Source: Candidatus Krumholzibacteriia bacterium (GTDB lineage: Bacteria > Krumholzibacteriota > Krumholzibacteriia > LZORAL124-64-63). From it: DNA of 13,527 nucleotides. The first letter of the stretch is position 1; every line of letters starts with the position of its first letter. The stretch covers positions 1 to 13,527 of the forward strand of contig JAZBOO010000014.1 in assembly GCA_036351155.1 (NCBI GenBank), written 5' to 3'. The notes under the pieces are model-generated. The model ran no database searches and had not been told where the DNA came from. It worked only from the letters and a program-made list of their open reading frames with translations. Positions 9,092 to 13,527 of the stretch are shown in pieces. The translations under genes were made by a program, and so were the position numbers.

Positions 9092-10045
9092 ATGAAGACA
9101 ATCATTCGCATGGCCATGGTGACGGCAGCCCTGGGCTTCCTTTTGCTTGCCCATCCGGCCGCCGCCACCACCCTGGAATTTGCCGCACCCGAAACCTGGT
9201 TCACGGGGGCAGATGAATGGACCGTGGAGGTGGTGGTGGATCAGGTGGATGATCTGCTGGGGGCCTCGCTGACCATCAGCTTCGATCCGGCGGTGATCAC
9301 TCCGGTGGATGTGGGGCTGGGTGGTCTGATCACCGGCGCCGGGTGCAATCCGTTTTTCGACTGGGTCAATGACGACGATTTCATCGACACCATTGAACTG
9401 GACACGGCCCTGTTCGGATGCACAGCCAGCGGTGGCGGAACCCTGGTTACGGTGACCTTTGCCGGCGTGGCCTCGGGCACCTCGCCGCTCACCCTGACCA
9501 CCGCCGACTTGCGGGACAGCGTGAACGAACCCATCGCGGTGGAAACATTGCCCGGCACCGTCACCTACCTGACCCAGGCCGAGGCCACCTTGACCTTCCA
9601 GCCCGGTTCGGTGCAGTTCGACGAGGACGGGACCACCGAGATCTGCCTGAACCTGAGTGGTGTGGCGGATTTTCTGGGCGCCTCGGTTTCCTTCGAGTTC
9701 GATCCGGACGTCATCATGCCCACGGGCGTGACTCCGGGCGCAGGGTTGCTCGACGCCGGTTGCGCGTTCTTCCTGGACTGGGTGAACCCGGACGGGATCA
9801 CCGACACCATGGTGATCGACACCGCCCTGCTGGGGTGCCATGGGCCTTTTGACGGGCCGCTGGTGTGCGTCCAGCTGCAGGGGATCAACTACGGGGAAAG
9901 CCCCTTGACCTGGCTGCAGGTGCAGGTGCGGGACAGCAACAATGACCCCGTGCCGGTCAATCTGGTGGATGGGGTGCTGCTGTACAATGCGGCCGTGTCG
10001 ACCACGCCGGTCAATCTGGACGCATTGAAGGCCATTTACAGGTAA
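9092..10045 (+). CDS. Secreted tandem cohesin-like domain protein (mini-scaffoldin-like, 317 aa) with short C-terminal LDALKAIYR tail
   Basis: AAGGGGAG RBS at 9079-9086 precedes ATG 9092. Signal peptide ends HPAAA. Two homologous ~134-aa domains (9167-9568 and 9584-9985) share LGASxxxxFDPxVIxPxxVxxG, AGCxxFxDWVN, DTxxxDTALxGC, GxSPLT and RDSxNxP. Confidence 0.85.
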   Translation: MKTIIRMAMVTAALGFLLLAHPAAATTLEFAAPETWFTGADEWTVEVVVDQVDDLLGASLTISFDPAVITPVDVGLGGLITGAGCNPFFDWVNDDDFIDTIELDTALFGCTASGGGTLVTVTFAGVASGTSPLTLTTADLRDSVNEPIAVETLPGTVTYLTQAEATLTFQPGSVQFDEDGTTEICLNLSGVADFLGASVSFEFDPDVIMPTGVTPGAGLLDAGCAFFLDWVNPDGITDTMVIDTALLGCHGPFDGPLVCVQLQGINYGESPLTWLQVQVRDSNNDPVPVNLVDGVLLYNAAVSTTPVNLDALKAIYR

Positions 10046-10058
10046 GTTCTTCTGTGGT

Positions 10059-10092
10059 AGGGGTTGCTGATCGTACATCGGCAACCCCTTTT
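10059..10092 (+). terminator. Rho-independent terminator closing the three-gene secreted-protein operon
   Basis: AGGGGTTGCTGAT-cgtac-ATCGGCAACCCCT forms a 13-bp stem with one G.U pair and a 5-nt loop. A short T run follows (10089-10092). The stem begins 13 nt after the stop at 10045. Confidence 0.75.
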
Positions 10093-10109
10093 CCAGGAGA
10101 GCCCCGTCG

Positions 10110-11030
10110 ATGCCCCGCGTCTCGACCGTGCTTTTTCTGCTACTTGCTGTGCTGGGCGCCTCCGCATTTTTCGCCGGGGGTGTCCGTGCCGAAGACTACC
10201 GCATGGTCCCCGACCCCTCGGCCAACCATTTCGATGCCCTCGAGGAATTTCTCTCCGCCCAGGGCTACTGGCCCGAAGACCGGAACCTGGTTCTCGATCC
10301 CCTGGAGGGCCGCCTGGACCGGGAGCACGGCACCCACCGCGTGGTCTACGTGGAAACCCTGGAAGACATTCCCGGCCTGCGCCCGCTGCCTGACGGGGTG
10401 ACGGCCTTCGTGCACCGGCGGCACAACGTCTTCTACCTCGACATTGCCGATGACCGGTTGCTGCTGGGGATCAGCGTTCTGGTTCAGCGCGAAAACGGGC
10501 GCACCACCTCGCGGGACAACCATTTCGAAACGTTCGACCTGATCAATGGCGAGGTGGACAACCTGGCCGCTCAGGCCTTCACCGACAGCCCCCTTCGGGT
10601 GTTTCTGTCGGCCCACGGCTCCCAGGCTCCTCTGGTGGGACGGATTCTCCTTCTGGGAACAGCTCTCATGGTTTTTCTGGCGCTGCAGGTGCGGCGCAAG
10701 CAGTGCCTGCCCGGTGATCGTGTGGTGGCCGATCGACGGCTGGCCGCCGCCCGCTTCAGCTATCGTCTGGCGGCTGTGGGCTGGATCGTCATGCTGGCCG
10801 CGGTTTATGGCTTCATCCATTTTTCGGCCCATCTCCAGTTTCTGGGCGTGGGGCTGGCACAGGACACCATTTCGTACTCCTTGACCGATCGCCTGATCAT
10901 GCGCCCGGACCGTGCCCGGCTGCTTGGCCTCCTGATTTCGGTGGGGAGCGCGTTGTTGATTTCCCTGTTGCTGGGCCTGTGGGCGGGCACCTGCTGTCGG
11001 ATGTCCAACCCGGCGAAGGAGAAGCCATGA
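10110..11030 (+). CDS. Hypothetical membrane protein: signal peptide, ~145-aa extracytoplasmic domain, ~3 C-terminal TM helices
   Basis: AGGAG at 10095-10099. N-terminal hydrophobic leader ending GVRA. Hydrophobic segments ILLLGTALMVFLAL, LAAVGWIVMLAAVYGFI and LLGLLISVGSALLISLLLGLW. Confidence 0.78.
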   Translation: MPRVSTVLFLLLAVLGASAFFAGGVRAEDYRMVPDPSANHFDALEEFLSAQGYWPEDRNLVLDPLEGRLDREHGTHRVVYVETLEDIPGLRPLPDGVTAFVHRRHNVFYLDIADDRLLLGISVLVQRENGRTTSRDNHFETFDLINGEVDNLAAQAFTDSPLRVFLSAHGSQAPLVGRILLLGTALMVFLALQVRRKQCLPGDRVVADRRLAAARFSYRLAAVGWIVMLAAVYGFIHFSAHLQFLGVGLAQDTISYSLTDRLIMRPDRARLLGLLISVGSALLISLLLGLWAGTCCRMSNPAKEKP

Positions 11031-11902
11031 TCGCCATCCTTCAGCAAGGTGGCTGGCTGGCGCAGATGGCCTTTGGACTGGGCCTGGGGGGTATTGTTGG
11101 GGTCATTCTGGCCTGTGGAGCGTGGTACCGGCGGCGCGATCTGACCGGGGCCGCCCTGCGCGGGATTGATGAGGCGGAAGATGCCGGCCGTACGGGGACC
11201 CTTCCCCTCTTCGAAGCGGGCCGCGATGCCGCTCTGGCCGAGGCGCAACCGGCCGGGGGTCCCTTGCTGATGAGCGTCATCGTCACCTGGGGTTTGATCA
11301 TGATTTCCATGGCTGCGGTCACCCTTCTGCGCCAGCCGGACAGCCGGGTGGTGATCGATGTGATGCGCGGCAGCCTGGAGCTGCCCCCCTCGATGACCCG
11401 GTATGATTACCTGAGCCTGGTCAGTCGGTTCCTGGTCTCCGGCAGCCTGGCCACGTTGATGGTGGTGCCCATGGTCACGGTGTCCTGCCTGTCGCTGGGA
11501 TTCTTGCGTGGGTGGCTGCTGGGCGGCCCGCTGGACCGCGCCCTGTTGCAGGTGATTGCCCGGGTGGATCCCGAGGGCCAGGAAGAGCAGCTGCGCGAGT
11601 ATACCGCGGACATCATGGGCTGTGCCACGCGACGCTGGACGGTGACCGGATGGCTGGTGCCCCCGCTCTGGTTCCTGTGGCACGGGAAACTGGGCAAGGC
11701 CCTGAAGGTCGCGGCGGCCTGGTGCGTGGCGGTGGCCCTCGGTCTGGTGATCTGGTATGTGCCGGCCCGGATCATCTGGGGCGGTGAGCCCCTGATCGTG
11801 GGCACCGACGCCGGCCTGATCTGGCACTACCTGCGCGACCCGCTCATGGTTCTGGCCATCCTGCCGGTGTGTGTCTATGGCGGGGTGCGGGGAAACCGCT
11901 GA
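11027..11902 (+). CDS. Hypothetical polytopic membrane protein (291 aa), translationally coupled to the upstream gene
   Basis: ATGA start/stop overlap at 11027-11030 with AAGGAG at 11016-11021. About 5-6 hydrophobic segments and GC3-rich codon use. Confidence 0.78.
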   Translation: MIAILQQGGWLAQMAFGLGLGGIVGVILACGAWYRRRDLTGAALRGIDEAEDAGRTGTLPLFEAGRDAALAEAQPAGGPLLMSVIVTWGLIMISMAAVTLLRQPDSRVVIDVMRGSLELPPSMTRYDYLSLVSRFLVSGSLATLMVVPMVTVSCLSLGFLRGWLLGGPLDRALLQVIARVDPEGQEEQLREYTADIMGCATRRWTVTGWLVPPLWFLWHGKLGKALKVAAAWCVAVALGLVIWYVPARIIWGGEPLIVGTDAGLIWHYLRDPLMVLAILPVCVYGGVRGNR

Positions 11903-11914
11903 CTGCGTCGCCTT

Positions 11915-12676
11915 TTACCAGGGCAACCCTTCCCCCGAGTAGTCCAGGAACCGACCGTTGTCGGCGGTGGTCAGGCTCCCGATCACCCGGATCAAACCAC
12001 GGACACTTTCCTCGGGCGACAGGGTGGCGTTCTTCCCGCCCATGTCGGTGCGCACCCAGCCCGGGTGCATGACCACGCAGGTGTAGCCGTCATCTTCCAG
12101 CTCATGAGCCAGGGTGACCATCAGCTGATTCAGGGCCGCCTTGCTGGCGCGGTAGCTGTAGTAGCTGCCACTGTTGTTTTCGATGCTCCCCATCTGCGAG
12201 GAGATGCTGACGATGGTGCGCCCTTTGCCCTGGGCCAGGCTGGGCAGCAGGGCGCGGGTGACCCGCAAGGGACCCATGGCGTTGACATCCAGCGTGCGGG
12301 CCATGACCTCGAAATCCACCTCTTCGAGAGTGCGGTTGGAGCGGTCGAAAAAGCCGGCGTTGTTGATCAGCAGGTCAATGGGGACACCGTCCAGCGCGGT
12401 GGCCAGGTCGGCCACGCTCTGCGGGTCGGTCACGTCCAGCTGTTCCACGCGCACACCCAGTTCGTTCAGCTCGGTGGCCCGCTCCGGTTTGCGCGCGGTG
12501 CCGATGACGGTGTAGCCCGGGCTGTCCAGCTGGCGGGCCAGCTCCAGCCCCAGGCCGCGGTTGGCGCCGGTGATCAGGACCGTGCCCCGATCCTGATGCT
12601 GGGCGTGGGCCTCCCCGGAAATACCCGCCCCCAGGACGGCCGTGATCACAAAGGGAAAAACGCAAAACCTGTTCAT
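11915..12676 (-). CDS. Short-chain dehydrogenase/reductase, CsgA (C-factor)/carbonyl-reductase-like subfamily, with N-terminal signal-peptide-like leader (253 aa)
   Basis: TGANRGLG (TGxxxGxG), LINNAG, catalytic Ser region SISSQMGS, YRASK (YxxxK), HPGWVRTDMGG and terminal G.F.DY.G..LPW, all typical of this subfamily. GGAG RBS (12688-12685) lies 8 nt before ATG 12676. Confidence 0.93.
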   Translation of the reverse strand: MNRFCVFPFVITAVLGAGISGEAHAQHQDRGTVLITGANRGLGLELARQLDSPGYTVIGTARKPERATELNELGVRVEQLDVTDPQSVADLATALDGVPIDLLINNAGFFDRSNRTLEEVDFEVMARTLDVNAMGPLRVTRALLPSLAQGKGRTIVSISSQMGSIENNSGSYYSYRASKAALNQLMVTLAHELEDDGYTCVVMHPGWVRTDMGGKNATLSPEESVRGLIRVIGSLTTADNGRFLDYSGEGLPW

Positions 12677-12813
12677 GTGGCGCACTCCGTTTCGGGTGTG
12701 GTGGGTGGAGTCCACATGATCGGCATGATTGGCTCCCGGGGCAACGTCCTTCACTTGACAGCGCCCCGTCAAAACCGTTTTCTCAGGAATCCCCCCCTAC
12801 CCAGGAGAAGCGT

Positions 12814-13365
12814 ATGCCCCGGTCTATCCGTGTCTTTCTGTTGCTGGTATTGCCGGCCCTTTTGTGCAGCTGCGGCGGGCCTCGGGTGCCGCGTCCCGTC
12901 CCCGTGGTGGGCACGCTTGACGTGCAGTTCGTCGATTCCGCCTGGGACGGCCTGGAGGTCCCGTTCTCGGGCCGTTGCGGCGATTGCGGCGGTGGGGGAC
13001 GCAGCCCGGCCCTGCGCATTTCCGGGCTGCCGGCTCAGGCCAACGAGATCATCGTCGAGTTCAACGATCTGCGTATCAGGGAGCTGGCCACCAACGGCGG
13101 ACACGGCACGCTGGCCATGTTCACGGGGGGTCGCCCGGAAATCACCCTGCCCTCGGTGCGCGAAGAAACCATGAAGCTGCCGCGGGGTGTGCGCAGTGCG
13201 GGGAAGCATCGCTGCGTGCTGTTCGGTCACAAGGATGGCGCGTACAAGGCCCCCTGTGGGTGCGGTCAGGGCAACGAGTATGTGGCCCGGGTCATGGCGG
13301 TGCACAGGGAGGGGAAAGACAAGCAGATCCTGGCGGAAAAGACCATTGCGATGGGATTATTCTGA
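12814..13365 (+). CDS. Lipoprotein, probable PEBP (YbhB/YbcL)-like fold, Cys-rich
   Basis: AGGAG at 12803-12807. Lipobox-like LLCS-C after a hydrophobic leader. SPALRISGLPAQANEIIVEFND and YKAPC...Y...V.AV resemble the PEBP-like SP.L.W...P...D and Y.GPCPP..H.Y...VYAL segments. Confidence 0.75.
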   Translation: MPRSIRVFLLLVLPALLCSCGGPRVPRPVPVVGTLDVQFVDSAWDGLEVPFSGRCGDCGGGGRSPALRISGLPAQANEIIVEFNDLRIRELATNGGHGTLAMFTGGRPEITLPSVREETMKLPRGVRSAGKHRCVLFGHKDGAYKAPCGCGQGNEYVARVMAVHREGKDKQILAEKTIAMGLF

Positions 13366-13379
13366 AAGGGCGGCTGAGG

Positions 13380-13490
13380 TTACTTGGGCCGATGGCCCAG
13401 CACCCGGGCGGGCAACATGATGATGCCCTTGAACAGCTCGAACACGCCCTGGAACACGATGCCGATCAGCCGGAAGGGCAGCAACAGCAT
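13380..13490 (-). CDS. Small hydrophobic/amphipathic membrane peptide (36 aa), possibly the C-terminal remnant of a longer small membrane protein
   Basis: Not in the ORF track. Reads MLLLPFRLIGIVFQGVFELFKGIIMLPARVLGHRPK* with strongly GC3-biased codons. The stop (13382-13380) converges 14 nt from the lipoprotein stop. Confidence 0.55.
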   Translation of the reverse strand: MLLLPFRLIGIVFQGVFELFKGIIMLPARVLGHRPK

Positions 13491-13527
13491 GTCCACCGGG
13501 ATAATTCACCAGATGGCACAAAAAAAC

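Noticed and set aside
2..10045. Classical cellulosome
   Set aside because: No glycoside hydrolase, CBM3, SLH or sortase motif is recognisable in the window. It cannot be fully excluded because the N-terminus of the giant gene is missing.
8247..12772. ORF-track starts at 8247, 9065, 10979 and 12772
   Set aside because: Downstream ATGs at 8274, 9092, 11027 and 12676 have well-spaced SD sequences and give clean signal peptides or an ATGA coupling.
12755..12783. Sigma70 promoter for the lipoprotein gene based on a perfect TTGACA
   Set aside because: The hexamer at 17-nt spacing is TTTTCT, a poor -10 match, so it is not called as a promoter and is kept only as a palindrome observation.
8334..13305. 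Overlapping alternative ORFs (e.g. 8792-10084 -, 10140-10832 -, 10805-11827 -, 12065-13174 +, 12769-13305 -)
   Set aside because: They overlap better-supported genes on the opposite strand and lack recognisable motifs, as expected for high-GC shadow ORFs.

Overview
GC-rich bacterial DNA, probably FCB superphylum and most consistent with the Krumholzibacteriota/Latescibacterota/Eisenbacteria group (inferred from protein C-terminal motifs only). The first 10 kb is an apparent three-gene operon of secreted proteins, closed by an intrinsic terminator. Gene 1 is a 5'-truncated, >2,740-aa acidic protein of exact 87-aa Ig-like repeats and 366-aa super-repeats, ending in FN3 + dockerin-like + cohesin-like + FlgD-Ig/T9SS-type C-terminal domain (CTD). 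Gene 2 is signal peptide + cohesin-like + CTD. Gene 3 is signal peptide + two tandem cohesin-like domains + a short 'LDALKAIYR' tail. No catalytic domain is visible, so the best candidate for a novel system is a non-cellulosomal cohesin-dockerin surface assembly built around a giant adhesin-like protein. Downstream are two translationally coupled unknown membrane proteins, a CsgA/C-factor-like SDR with an apparent signal peptide (minus strand), a Cys-rich PEBP-like lipoprotein, and a short or partial membrane-protein ORF at the right edge. All domain calls are by-eye motif recognition, not database searches.
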